DNA of 64,000 bases from Piromyces finnis finn (taxonomy: Eukaryota > Fungi > Neocallimastigomycota). Position numbers and translations under genes: made by a program. The DNA is taken from contig MCFH01000001.1 in the NCBI GenBank assembly GCA_002104945.1, forward strand, positions 992,001-1,056,000, read 5' to 3'. Shown in pieces: positions 1 through 13,090 of this stretch (position 1 is its first letter; the number at the start of each line of letters is the position of its first letter). The notes beneath the pieces were generated by a model that was not told the DNA's origin, did no database searches, and saw only the letters and a list, made by a program, of their open reading frames with translations.

Positions 1-115
1 TTGAAATTAAAGATAACTAAAAGAGGAAAAAATAATAGAAAAAATTTATAACTGAGATAATATATAAATAAATGTTTTATATTTTCCATTAATTCTTCAT
101 TTATATAATAATTAG

Positions 116-2545
116 CTTAATTGTATTCTTGGAAAAGGGGCTTATAAAGTTGTATATAAAGCTCTTGATAGAGAAGAAGGTTATGAAGTAGCATGGAATG
201 GATGTCAGGTATAAAAAATTAAATATTGAATATAATTTTTATAAATTATTATAAGTAAAATTAACCTTAAAAATACAAATTAAGACTTCGAAAGCTGAAT
301 ATATGGAATTAAATGATGAAATTGAAATCTTAAAGAGAGTTAGACATCCAAATATTATTAATTTCCATGTAAGCATATTATAATTTAAATATAAATTAAT
401 ATATTTAATTATATAATTAAAATGTAATATTAAAATAATTATACAATAGGATTGTTGGTATAATAATACTGAAATTGTTTTTATTACAGAATTGATGACA
501 TCTGGCACTCTTAGAGAGTAAATATATTTTTTATAAAATTTAAAATTTCATTCGATTATTTTATTTATATATAAAGATAATAAACGGAATTAAGTGTGCT
601 ATATTGAATTTTTATATTAATTATTATATATTCTATATAAATTGCTTTTTTTCTTATAGATATATTCATAAACTCCAAATATTAAATCTTAAAATTATAA
701 AACGATGGTCACGTCAAATATTGAAGGGATTGTTATATTTACATTCTCATGTACCACCAATTATTCATCGTGATATTAAGGTATTATCAAATATGATAAT
801 ATATATAACATATAAATAAATAATTGTTTATTAAAATTCATTATTTATTTCATTTTATATTAATATAAAGTGTGATAATATATTTATTAATGGGGCTCAT
901 GGTGAGGTTAAAATTGGTGATTTGGGTATTGCAAAAATGAAGAAAGGAAAGAACTATACTGTAATAGGAACACCAGGTAAATTTATTATTTTTCTTTTTA
1001 AATTTAATACAATATATAAATTCTAATTTTTTTTTAATAATTTAAAAAATAGAATTTATGGCACCAGAAATGTATGATGAAAAAGGATATAGTGAAAAAG
1101 TTGATGTTTATGCTTTTGGAATGTGTTTACTTGAAATGGTAAAATATAAAATACCTATATACTGAATTGATTGATATAGAATTATTAAATATATATTATA
1201 TTTTTTATAATAGGTTACTGGTGAATATCCATATAGTGAATGTAAAAATGCTGCACAAGTTTATAAAAAGGTAACTTCTGGAATAAAACCCGAATGTTTA
1301 GATAAAGTAACGGAACCACAAGTATTAGATATAATAAATAATTGTTTATTACCTGAAAATGAAAGGTATTATTATCTTTATAAAATACCAAAATTATCAA
1401 TAAGTATACATTAATTTATATTGTAATTAATGTATTATTTATAAATATAAAATATATAGATGGAGTGTTCAACAACTATTAGAGACACCATTCTTGTTGG
1501 CTGAGCCAGAAGTTTTATTATTATCAACAAATGATCAAAAGAATCATCTTACCATGCAAGTTGTATTTAAAGGCATGGATAGATTATCGGTTAAATTTGA
1601 ATTTAATGTTGATACTGATACTGCAGAAGATGTTGTTAACGAAATGGTAATTTTAAATTATTAAAATGAATATTATAATGATTTGAAATAGACTATAAAA
1701 TATGATATTAAAAGTTCCCCCCTTTTTTTTATTATGATTAATAGATAGAGGAACAAGTTATTCCTGAAAGATACCAACAATTAATTACATCAGAAATTAA
1801 TAGAATTTTAAGAGAATTAAATAAATATGCTCCAGGAACAGAAGATGGCAAAGATGATAGTCATCATATATGGAAGAGAGAAACAGCAATGGAAAAAGAA
1901 TTAGCTGCTGCTGATGACAGAGCATTGGAAGCAGAAAGAAGAGCTTTTATATTAGAACAACAATTGGCAGAAAAAGAAAGAAAATTGGAAAATGAAAAAA
2001 TGATATTTAGTAATTCAGCAGCTGCATTAGTTGAACAAGATATCCCATCAACACAAGTTTTAAAGAAGTCATCCTATAATGATATAAGAGAAGAATTAAC
2101 AGCAGAAGAACCATATTCATTTAGAGAAGGTAGGAAAAAAAGAAAGAATAATAATTTTTTATTATTTTATTATTATTATTATTTTTTAGAATCATCTAAT
2201 TTCTATTTATTTATTTATGTTATAAAAGATATATCCAATGACAGACCAATAGAAGACTTAGTAAGAGATGTATGTATAAATTCTAATCGTAATATTGATA
2301 AAGCAAATGAATGGATCCAGAGATTAAAAGGACAAGATATTATGACTGTTGGAGATCTTCGTGAACGTAAATATAAAAAATAATTAAAAAAATTTTTTAT
2401 TACACCATTCTAAAATATTTATATTATTAAAATAGTACATGATGAAGATTGGAATGGCTTAGGTTTAACTGTATTGGCATGCAGATTATTAAAGGTATTT
2501 AGTAATAATAGATTAATATATTAGGAATTTATAGTTATTAATAAT

Positions 2546-2586
<41 letters not shown>

Positions 2587-2607
2587 ACTTTATATGGAAA
2601 GTCATAG
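116..2607 (+). CDS. WNK: WNK-family Ser/Thr protein kinase, multi-exon, 5' end lies upstream of the window
   Basis: Spliced translation gives [12 protein letters not shown] (Lys in the glycine loop), EVAWN (no beta3 Lys), [55 protein letters not shown] and [30 protein letters not shown]-like segment ([19 protein letters not shown]), a coiled coil and a C-terminal SAM-like segment follow. About 12 exons with GT-AG introns; stop TAG 2605-2607. Confidence 0.93.
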
Positions 2608-3715
2608 TATAATATATCAAAAAGACATTCTTTGTTCTACTCTGTTTATTTATTAACATTCGAAACAAATTTATTTATATATTATATAATATAAATAATT
2701 AATATACATTTTTAATATCACAATAATATAATAAATATATATTTCATTAAAATAAGAATAAAAAAAAAAAGTATAGCAAAAAAAAAAAGTAAAAAACAAA
2801 AAAAAAAAGTTGAAAAAAATTAATAATAATAATAATAATAATTAAATTAATATTAATATTATAAGAAATCATATTACAATTATCATATAAAAAATAAAAA
2901 ATTAAAAAAAAATAATAAATAAATAAATAAAAAAAAAAAAAAAAAAATTATATATATTTAGAAAATGAAAACAGTTAAAGTCAAAACAGAATATTTTATT
3001 ATTGTTGTTATTTGAATAAATTAAAAAAACAATAATAAAAATACCATAATATTGGTAATTTTTGGTGGTTTATTCGAATAACAATTATAGTTTTTTTTTT
3101 TTTCTTTTTTTTTTAAAAAATTATCTTTAACTCCTTATTTTTCTTATAATTATATTACCATTTCATTGTAAAATAATGGAAAAAGTAAGCATTTTAATTT
3201 TGATAAAACTTTTTTTTATACTATTATTATTATTTATAAATTATTATATTTAATAAATATTGGTAATGATGATAAGAAAAAAAAAATGTATAAACCGGGC
3301 GGGGAATGTTTATTATTACACTTTTTATTAGTGTAAATTTGAATGATTTTTATTAATATTTTTTGATCAATTCTTCATTAACAAAAAAGAATAATAAAGT
3401 AAAGCAAAACAAAAACAAAAACAAAAACAAAAACAAAAAAAAAAAAAAAAAAAAAAAAAACTATTTATATTTTATCTATATTTCAATTATAAAAATTTAT
3501 AAATGTATAATCTATATCAATAATTTAATTAAAAAAAATTGAATAAATAAAAGAAATAGAAATAATAAAATAATAATAATAATAAAATACAATTAAAAGG
3601 TTTATTTAAAATATATATAATAGCTTTATTTGAATTATAAGATATGACATTAAAAAAGTTTAAAAATGAATTACATTATTTAAAATCTTATATTTATTTT
3701 ATTAGTTTATAAAAT

Positions 3716-4839
3716 TTATATTAATTTGTGAGAAACCAATTCTCTCTTGCTATTTATAACTAATTGTAAATGTCTTTTACTGTTGTCATTAAAGAATCCA
3801 TTTTTATATAATTCTGGTAAATAGAGTTCGTAAGATGGCATATAACGATCAACAAAATCGAAAACCTTTTTAAAAATTATAGTATAAAATAGTATTTAAT
3901 TATTAATTCATATTAAAATAAATAATTTCTATATCGAAATTGTTTTTATGAGAAATATAAAGAAAATATTAACAAATTCTGTATACTTACTTGCTCCTTG
4001 GTTAAACCAGCATTTGGGTTATTTTCTCTTTTTCTTAATTCTTCTTCTTGTTCTAGTCTCCAATGATAGACATTTTCTAATTCATCATTGTAAAGATGAA
4101 TAAAAACATCAAAATATGGGTATAATGATTCTTCCATTTTCTTTAAATTTGAATTAATAGTACGGATACTTTCATATGGATACTTTTTAGCATATTTTGT
4201 TTTTGGATGTAATTCGGAAATAACATCATTGTTTAGAGATTTAAAGCCAACCATCCAACCTTCAAAAATTACAATATCAAATGGAGGTGATACATTTTGC
4301 CATTCAGATTCTGGAGAACGGTCACCTCTTCCATTTTTTAAGGCTTTATTATAGGTAGGAATTGAAATATTTGATTCCATATTTTTTAATTGGTTAAATA
4401 TTTTCTATTTTATAAATATAAATAGTATTGCAATTGTAAAAGAAATGCAATGGATAAATAAATAAATAAATAAATAAATAACTTAAATTATTATATAACG
4501 TACTTTTCCAAATTCAACATCATGTGTTCCTGGACTACCTCTATACCTTAATAATTCATTATCAGCATTAGCTTTGGCAACTTCATTTTGTTCTTTATTA
4601 GTTAAGTAGAGATCATCCAAAGAAATATTGACAATAGATAAATTATATGGTTCAGATTTTAAAGTTTTTACCAATTCTCTATTTAGTGTTGTTTTTCCAC
4701 TTCCTTGTGAACCACTAATACCAATAAAGAGTGGAGAACCATTTTTATTTTCATTCTTTTTTATATTAAACCATTCAATAATTTGACTTGTAATTAAATT
4801 TAATTTCCTTTGAAATTCTAAATCTTGTGAAAGAGACAT
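3716..4839 (-). CDS. TDA10: D-glycerate 3-kinase-like P-loop kinase (Tda10/GLYK family), 3 exons
   Basis: FIGISGSQGSGKTT Walker A, SLDDLYLT, RGSPGTHD, VIFEGWMVGF, VYHWRLEQE and FVDRYMPSYELY. Stop TAA at 3716-3718. Confidence 0.88.
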
Positions 4840-6263
4840 TTTAAAAATATATTTTTATATTATTTAAAGATTAATATAAATTCTTTTAAATAACTAAAGA
4901 TGAATAATTTTATAATTTTTGCATAAAATTAAAATGTGAGCATCACATGATTAATTCAAATATTTAAAAATTAATTCTAAAAATTTTTAAATATTTAATA
5001 ATTTATACATTCATTTAATTATATAATATATATGAATTATTGAAATAGGAAGATAAATTGTATTATACTTTCAAAGAATATCTCAGTTAAATGATCTTTA
5101 ACTTGAGATACATTTAAAGCAATTGTAACAAACAAATAAAACAAATATATATATATATATAAAACAGAAAAATTATCAAAATCAACATATATATTTAAAT
5201 TTTTATATTTAAAAGCTGTCAAAATATTTTATTTAAATTTATATTTCCAATTTTGGAAATTTTTGATATTAATTAAATTTAAAATTTATATTTAAATAAA
5301 ATTATTGTAAAGATAAAAATATAAATTTCTAGTTTCTTTTTTTTTTAATATTTTTAAAAGGCATTAATGGTTTCAATTATTCATTATTATGTAAATATAG
5401 TATAGTTACAATAGTATATATACTTTTTTTTTTATTTAAAAAAGAATTTTAAATATTTAAACAATTTAATGATTTTTACGGATACTTTTTTGTGGAATTA
5501 TCAAATTTTAAACTTTTGCAAAATAATAAATATATTAATTAATATAATTAATATATTTAATTGATATATAAAAGTATTTAATTTTAATACATTATCATTC
5601 CACTATTGAAATATTAATGGTTGTACAATTCAAAAAACATATATAATAATGATATTAATCTTATCCAATCATATTTTAATGTATTTTATTATGATGTTAA
5701 TTTATTATAATATTAAACTTTTTATAATACATTAATATATTCAAAACATTTTAAATTATAATAAGTAGAGAATAAATAATACTGAATCAATTATATATAT
5801 ATTAATGTATTGTATTATCAAAACTTTAATTATTATAAAAGTTATTCTTTGGTAACAAAGGAAATCAAACATTAATTAATATCATTTTAATAAAGAAGGG
5901 TTTTATTTTTTAATTTTTTTTTTTTTTTACACAATCACCATTTTATTTATTTTTGTTCTAATTTTTTATCTTAATTACCAACTTTTTACATATATAAATT
6001 TAAATAAGAGTATATTATTATTTGTATAAAGTATATAATACAACTTTAACTTTATAAACATTCAACTAATAAATAATAAAAAAAAAATTTCTAATTCGAA
6101 ATAGGTAAAGTTTAATGAATATTCGAAAAAAGTAAATGAATAACCAAAACAAATGTTTTTTTTTTTTAAAAAAAAACGATTCAATATATTTATATATATA
6201 TATATGTTTTTTTCTTTTCATTTATAAAAATTTAATTGATAGTATTTTTAGTTATTATTAGAA

Positions 6264-8019
6264 ATGGGTTTCAGTCAAATTTTTGAAATTTTAAAAACTA
6301 TTTTTGTAGCCTGTCTATCTGGTGATGAGGGACAGAATCAAAATCAAAATCAAAATCAAAACGAGTATCCACTTCAAAATCAAAATCAAAATCAGAATCA
6401 ATACCAAAACCAATACCAAAACCAATACCAAAACCAATACCAAAACCAATACCAAAACCAATACCAGAACCAATACCAAAACCAATACCAAAACCAATAC
6501 CAAAACCAATACCAAAACCAATACCAGAACCAATACCAAAACCAATACCAAAACCAATACCAAAACCAATATCCAGCACAAAATATCCCTTCATATTCTC
6601 AAGTTGTAGGTACCGATAATAATAATTGTCAACAACAATATCAATATCAAGAATCATCTAATAATGAAAATCCAACTCAAGAGGAATTAGATGATATTCA
6701 ATTAGCAATTGAAAAAATTTTAAACATTGATAGTAATAAATTTATTCCTGGTCAAGATATTAGAATTAATCCACAAAGGTCAATTCGTGTTTGTGAAGAC
6801 GGTATGAATTTAACATTGATATATATGATATAATTATATGATAACACTTTATGATTTAGAATGTTAAATTTGTATTTTCATATTTTTTTTTTTATAAATT
6901 CGAATAAAAAAAAAAAAAAAAGTAAATTAATATTGATAAATTTTTTATATAAATATGCATAAATTATAAATATTAAATATAGGTGACCATGCTTCAGAAA
7001 ATTTATTCGAATATGTGAATATGGATAAATTTAATTCAATTCCAACCATTAAGTTGTTTAATGATTTATTAGATAATTACACTCCAGAACTTGGTGTTTC
7101 AGAAACAATTAATCAAAAAGAAAAGAAAGAAATTAACAAAGTAAAATTAATATAGAGATAAAACTATTAATTTAAAATAATTTTATATATAAATATATTT
7201 ATGAATTTATAAACTGAATTCATTTATTATATATATTTAAATAGTTCATTGATAGTATTTGTGAAACTACTCCAATGAAATATTGCTTTAATTATCTTGT
7301 ATCGAAAAATGAAATATCAGATGATTTATCTGAATTCAAAAATGAATTATATAATATTTGGTTCAGAGGTTATTATCGTAAAGCTGTTAATGATACCTCT
7401 GCATTTGAGCATGTATTTGTTGGGGAAGTAAAGGAAAATAATGACGGAGTTATTGGTTTCCACAACTGGATTACTATTTATAAAGAAGAACAAAAGGGTA
7501 ACTTTGATTATAGGGGATGGATTCCACCACGTAAAAACGCCGAAACTAATGAAAAGGTATAAAATATATATATATATATACATCATCGATATATGGATAT
7601 TGATTATTTAAATTTTTTATTTTCTTAAATTATTATTTTTATTATAGCCTGATCAAGATAGTTTTGCTCTTTCTATTAAATTCGATTGGAAGGGAATTGA
7701 AAAACCAGTTACAAGTTGCTTAATTGGTACAAGGTAGGATTAATAAATAAATAATAAATATTTTATGTATATTAAATAATGATAATAATAAAGCTATTAT
7801 CTATTGCTATCATCTTTTAATAATATAATTTTTTCTAATTTCATTCTTTTTTTTTTTTTTTAAAGTCCTGAATGTGAAGTAGCTATGTATACATTAATGT
7901 ACTACTTATCTGAAGAAGTTGAAGTTAATTATGAAAATTATAAGATTAAATTTATTATGCATACATTCGAAAACAGAAATGGAAAAAACATTGGAACATG
8001 CTATCCAGAATTAATTTAA
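6264..8019 (+). CDS. ENDOU: EndoU/XendoU-family poly(U)-specific endoribonuclease with N-terminal Q/N/Y-rich tract, 5 exons
   Basis: [44 protein letters not shown] and IGTCYP match the EndoU catalytic His-His-Lys core. Introns are in consistent phase; stop TAA 8017-8019. Confidence 0.9.
6393..6572 (+). repeat. Coding 12-bp tandem repeat, 15 units (CAAAACCAATAC = QNQY)
   Basis: Direct reading of the sequence. CAG-variant units start at 6393, 6465 and 6525; 6421-6480 is identical to 6481-6540. Confidence 0.97.
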
Positions 8020-8696
8020 TTTAAATATTGAAAAGCATACCTTTTTTTTCATTCAATAAAAAAAACGATTAAATAATATAAAGTTTATATATTATTTAAC
8101 AATTATATATATGTAATATATAATAAAGCCAATCGATGGTTTAGTAATCTAATAGCAATACTACTACAAATAAATAGTAATAATTATAATAATACCAATA
8201 TTAATATTAATTAATACTAATATTAACAACAACAATAATAATAATATATTATATATAACAATAATAATAATAGTACTAATAATAAAAAAAAACTAAAAAC
8301 AAAAAAAAAAAAAAAAAAACAATAACAACAACAACAACAACAACAACATCAATAATAAAATAAATATATATAATTATAAAAAGAAAATAATATTATTTTA
8401 AATATTAGAATAATAATATAATGTTTTAATATTGTAATTAAAAAGTATAACTAATCTAAATTATTTCATATAATATTACATAGAAGTATCATTTTAATAT
8501 AGTAAAAATTATAAAAGTTTTACTCATCAATAAATAGTATAAAATGTTTACTTTATTTTTTTTATAAATATTAATATAAATATATACGTATTATCTATAT
8601 CTTTTAATAACAATTACTATTAATTTTATAATTAAAAAATTTTATAAATTATCGAATAAAAAAATGAATTGGTTTAAATAATATATAAATATAGGC

Positions 8697-8729
<33 letters not shown>

Positions 8730-9003
8730 TATATATATATATATATTTATAAACAGCAATTATGTGTTAAAAAGTGTTTTATTAAAGTGTAAATATTATT
8801 TATTTATTTATTATTCTATATTATAAATACATTTATTTTTATTTATTTATTTATATTTTAAATTAAAATGATCTACTGATATATGATTTTTTTTCTTTCT
8901 TTTTTTTTTTTTTTTTTACTTTTAACTATTTTATAATCAATTTTCACTTAAATTTTTTTTATTTACTTAGTATAACTGATGAAAAAAAAAAAGGTTATTA
9001 TAA

Positions 9004-11839
9004 TTAAATTGCATTAATAATCCATAATAAAAGGAAAAGGCCAAGCCAACGATACTGTATTGATTGTAATGTATCTTTAGTTGTATCTTGAATTGTGGTT
9101 AAATTCTCTTGATTACTATTGTTTAATAAGTTATCTAAACTAGATTCTTTGGATTCTTCATTATTATTAGAAGCAATTGGTGCTTCATTACTTGTTGAAG
9201 GTTCATCTTTATTGATATTAGAATTACTGGCAAAATTAGCAGATCCATTAACATCAAAATGAACGGTAGAGTTATTATTAGTTAACTGATTATACATAGC
9301 ATTTGATGACAATGATAAATTAAATAATGAATTTATCATCCAGCGACAAAGTTTTGTTAAGGTATGATTCATGATAAATGATGTCCAGATAAGAATTATA
9401 CAGGAAACACATAAATTTAACCAAAATGAATTTGGAATGTATATAATTATGCCATGACCGTGAGTATTGGAAGAAATTAAGAAATGATTATACAATATAT
9501 ATATTTCCATTGAAATAGAACCAATCCAACATAAAAATTTACTTATTCTCTTTCTCATCATATGATGTGAATTTCTTATTATTATATATGCAATTGGAAT
9601 AAATGATGATAGCCATGGGTGAATATTATTATATGTCGACTTACTTGATAAAAGAATGGTAGGTATTGAAATTATTGAAATGCAAATTGATCCTACTATT
9701 CCAATAATATTTAATGTTGAGACCTTAAACTTTTGAACGTGTAATCCATCAGATTCATAGATAATACTAAGAAGATAAGAAAATAAAACACCCATCCATA
9801 CTGTCCAGAAATCCATGGAAATATCATTATGCCATTTAATATAATCCCATTTAACACCAAATATAATGCCAAAGAGAATAAATAAATATTTTGTTACAAA
9901 TGGAAGTAGATTGAATATAATAAAAGTGATAAAAATAGCAGATCCCAATTTAATTAAAAATACTTTTTTATTATTATTAAAGGAAGCAAGAATACCCATA
10001 GTGCTAAAGATGATAATTGACCAAAATGCATTCATTATCGGGAAGAAGTAATCGATAATACTACCTCCTAATGCAAAAGAAAGGACTAATGGGAGTGTAA
10101 TTTTCTTTAAAATATAATAAACAAAATTAATGAATTCAAAATTTCCTTTACGGTTATAATAATCATAATTGGTATATCCAATTAAAAACATATAACATGA
10201 TATAATGACTCGTGAAAAGTTATTTGATAAATCACCTTCATTATCATTAAAGTAATGAACAATTAAATATAAAATGGTTGTAATACCTTGCCATTCGTTA
10301 ACTTGTTCTGAATTTAACATTGATGTATTTTTTGATGTATCAATAGAATTAATAATTGGTATAGAAATGATAATTAATAGTATAATAGACTTTAGTAATG
10401 AATATTGCTTATTTTCCTTTAAAAATAATGCTGTATTATCAATGATAAATGAGAAATAAACAGTTAATGCCAATGTAGTTAAATTCATCACTAATTCATC
10501 ATCAGGAATAAATTTATTAATTGAAGGTGGTACTAAATAATATTTTTGAATAAATTTTCGATAACACAAAGAAAGTGGTCCGAAAACAAATAATAAAACA
10601 AAAATAATATCCTGTTTGAAATTGTTTTTTGGATAGTTAATACAACATGTAGAATCTGTTGCGTTAATTTTTTCATTACATATTGAATTTAAGAATAGGT
10701 TAAGTTCTTCTCTAATAATGTTTTTAATAAATATATCTCTGTTACTTTCATCATAGTTTTGAATTGAATCAAAATAAAGTTTATTCCATGATAATGGTAC
10801 ATGAATTTTTCCTTTTCCATCAGTATCTTTTTCTCTTATATCTTCAGTTATCTGAGTAATATATTCATTCCATTCTACTATTTTTTTGGCTAATGGTTTT
10901 TCATCATCTAAATTAAGTACAGGAGTTAAAAGTCTAATATAATACTCATGATTTGTTCTTTGTATTCTAACTAATGTCTTTAGAAATTTTTCTGTCCATT
11001 TCGATTTTGCTTTTTCAAGTTCTAAATCATCAATTTCATTTGTATCAGGATTTAAATAAGTATTAATGATAGATTTTCCACTACTTAAAACAAAAATATT
11101 TCTTATATTTGGATCTGAATATTGAGTTAACAATTGATTAAAATATTCACTGTCAAAATAATTATCTTGATGGTATATTAAACGAGTTGTTTCTTTTTTT
11201 ATTTCGATAGTTTTTTTATTTTTTATATCGTCATTACTGGTAATACTTCCAAAAGCTATTGATTCCAAATATTGAAATAATCTAGAAATAGTAATATCAC
11301 CAATAAAATTGACGTTGGTATCTTTCAAGCAAGTTTTAATGTTTCTTACATCGTATTCATAATTTTTAATAACGCAAGTATCCGGTTGCCAATGACTATT
11401 ATTTTTAGACGGTACAGAGATCCAATGACCATTATTTATTAAAGCTGAACAAGAATTATTATCATGAATATCATCTATAAACAATAATATAATATATTTT
11501 TATTAATATTATTTATTTTTTTATTATATTCTTGAGTTTACTTAATAATGTATTAATATAGAATAATTAAAAAGCAATTACTTATTTATTATAATAATTT
11601 ATTTTTACACTAAAATTTTATAAATACTTACAAGTTTTTCTTTGATGTATTCCATACATCGAAAATATAAAAGAAATTGTTGTACAAAATATAAAACTTA
11701 TATTTAGAAATTTTTTTAATTTTACATTTTGAGAAGAATTTGATTTTAGATTAGTTTGAAAATATGACATTGAAGTATTTTTTTTAGAAATACTATTATT
11801 TCCATTTAATATTGGTATATCTAAATTATTTTCTGACAT
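9004..11839 (-). CDS. CASD1: Cas1p/CASD1-like membrane O-acetyltransferase (PC-esterase-like lumenal domain plus multi-TM Cas1_AcylT domain), 2 exons; unrelated to CRISPR Cas1
   Basis: Exon 1 (11839-11632) carries an N-terminal TM; intron 11631-11475 is phase 1; exon 2 is long. It contains GHW, FIGD.TISRLF, EWQGITTILYLIVHY, RVIISCYMFLIGY, YNNIHPWLSSFIPIAYIIIRN and WIGSISMEIYILYNH. Confidence 0.85.
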
Positions 11840-12010
11840 TTTTCTTTTATTTTTATATATATATTATGTGATATATTTAAATTTCTAATATTTTATTTTT
11901 CGTTATTATTATTTAATTTTCAACATATATAAATATATATATAGTAAAACAAATATATAAATTAAAAAATAACAAAATTTCAATTAATAAATTTCTTTAT
12001 TTGCAATTCC

Positions 12011-12046
<36 letters not shown>

Positions 12047-13090
12047 TTCGTTTGTTTATTTATATTTATAATAAAATAAATAAAAACAATAAAAAAAATT
12101 TTCTTTCAATTAATTAAATTTTACTTCCATATGCTTATTTTCACTACTATTCTATTATTATTGTTTATTATTTATTTTTAGATTGCATCTATTGTTTATC
12201 TTAAGTTATTATTATTTTTCTTTAATTTAATTTTTATTTCTTGCTTTTGGTTTTGTTTTTATTAAAATCAATTTATAAATTAAATAATTTATATATTAAA
12301 TAATAATTATTTATTTTGATAAAAATATTTAAAAAAGCTAAAAATTTGTTAATATATATATATATATAAAGAGAAATTATCAAATTTCTCTTTTTTTTAT
12401 AAACATAATTATTATTTCAAATGTTTAGTTATTATATCACTTTTACTTTTTAAATTTATGACTTATTTTATTATTATAAAGTTATTTATTTTTAAATATT
12501 ATTTGTTTATTCTACTTAATAATAGTTTATCTTGGTAAAAATCATATGATTAATATACTTTTTTTCATTGATTAAATTTTGATTTTGATATTTTCTTTTA
12601 TAAAAATTGATATTTTAATTACTTAAAAAAAAATAAAAAAAAAAAATTCATAAATAAATATTCTTTGTATTTTTATATTATTTTTGATTTTTTTTTTTTT
12701 TTTTTTTTTTCTCTAATAATTCAAGATGGATAATATATTTAATTATATATATTATTAAATTTTTAAAATCAAAAAATAATTATATATATATATATATTTT
12801 TTTTTTGAAATATTCATCAAAAAAAAAAAAAAATACTCTTCTTTAGTTATATTAGGTATTAATAAATAAATTTGCTCGGTATAACTTTAATAAATATTTA
12901 TTATCAAAGCAGGAATGGAATATTCATATTTCACTTTCTTAATAATTATTGATATAATCATAATCATAATAATTAAACATAAACTTTAAAAACTTAAAAC
13001 CGAAAATTAATAATTTTTTGATATTAATATTTTTATTATATTTTATTTTACAGTAGGCAACATTTATACAAATATATTATAATTATTAAA

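Noticed and set aside
3292-3306. Isolated GC-rich word AAACCGGGCGGGGAA
   Set aside because: Single occurrence between convergent gene ends, with no structure or repeat context.
6298-6657. Overlapping ORFs reading (GIGF)n, (VL)n and (TNTK)n
   Set aside because: They are alternative-frame and antisense readings of the QNQY repeat in EndoU exon 1.
9004-11839. Possible CRISPR link from the name Cas1
   Set aside because: The Cas1p/CASD1 O-acetyltransferase is unrelated to CRISPR Cas1, and no repeat-spacer array is present in the window.
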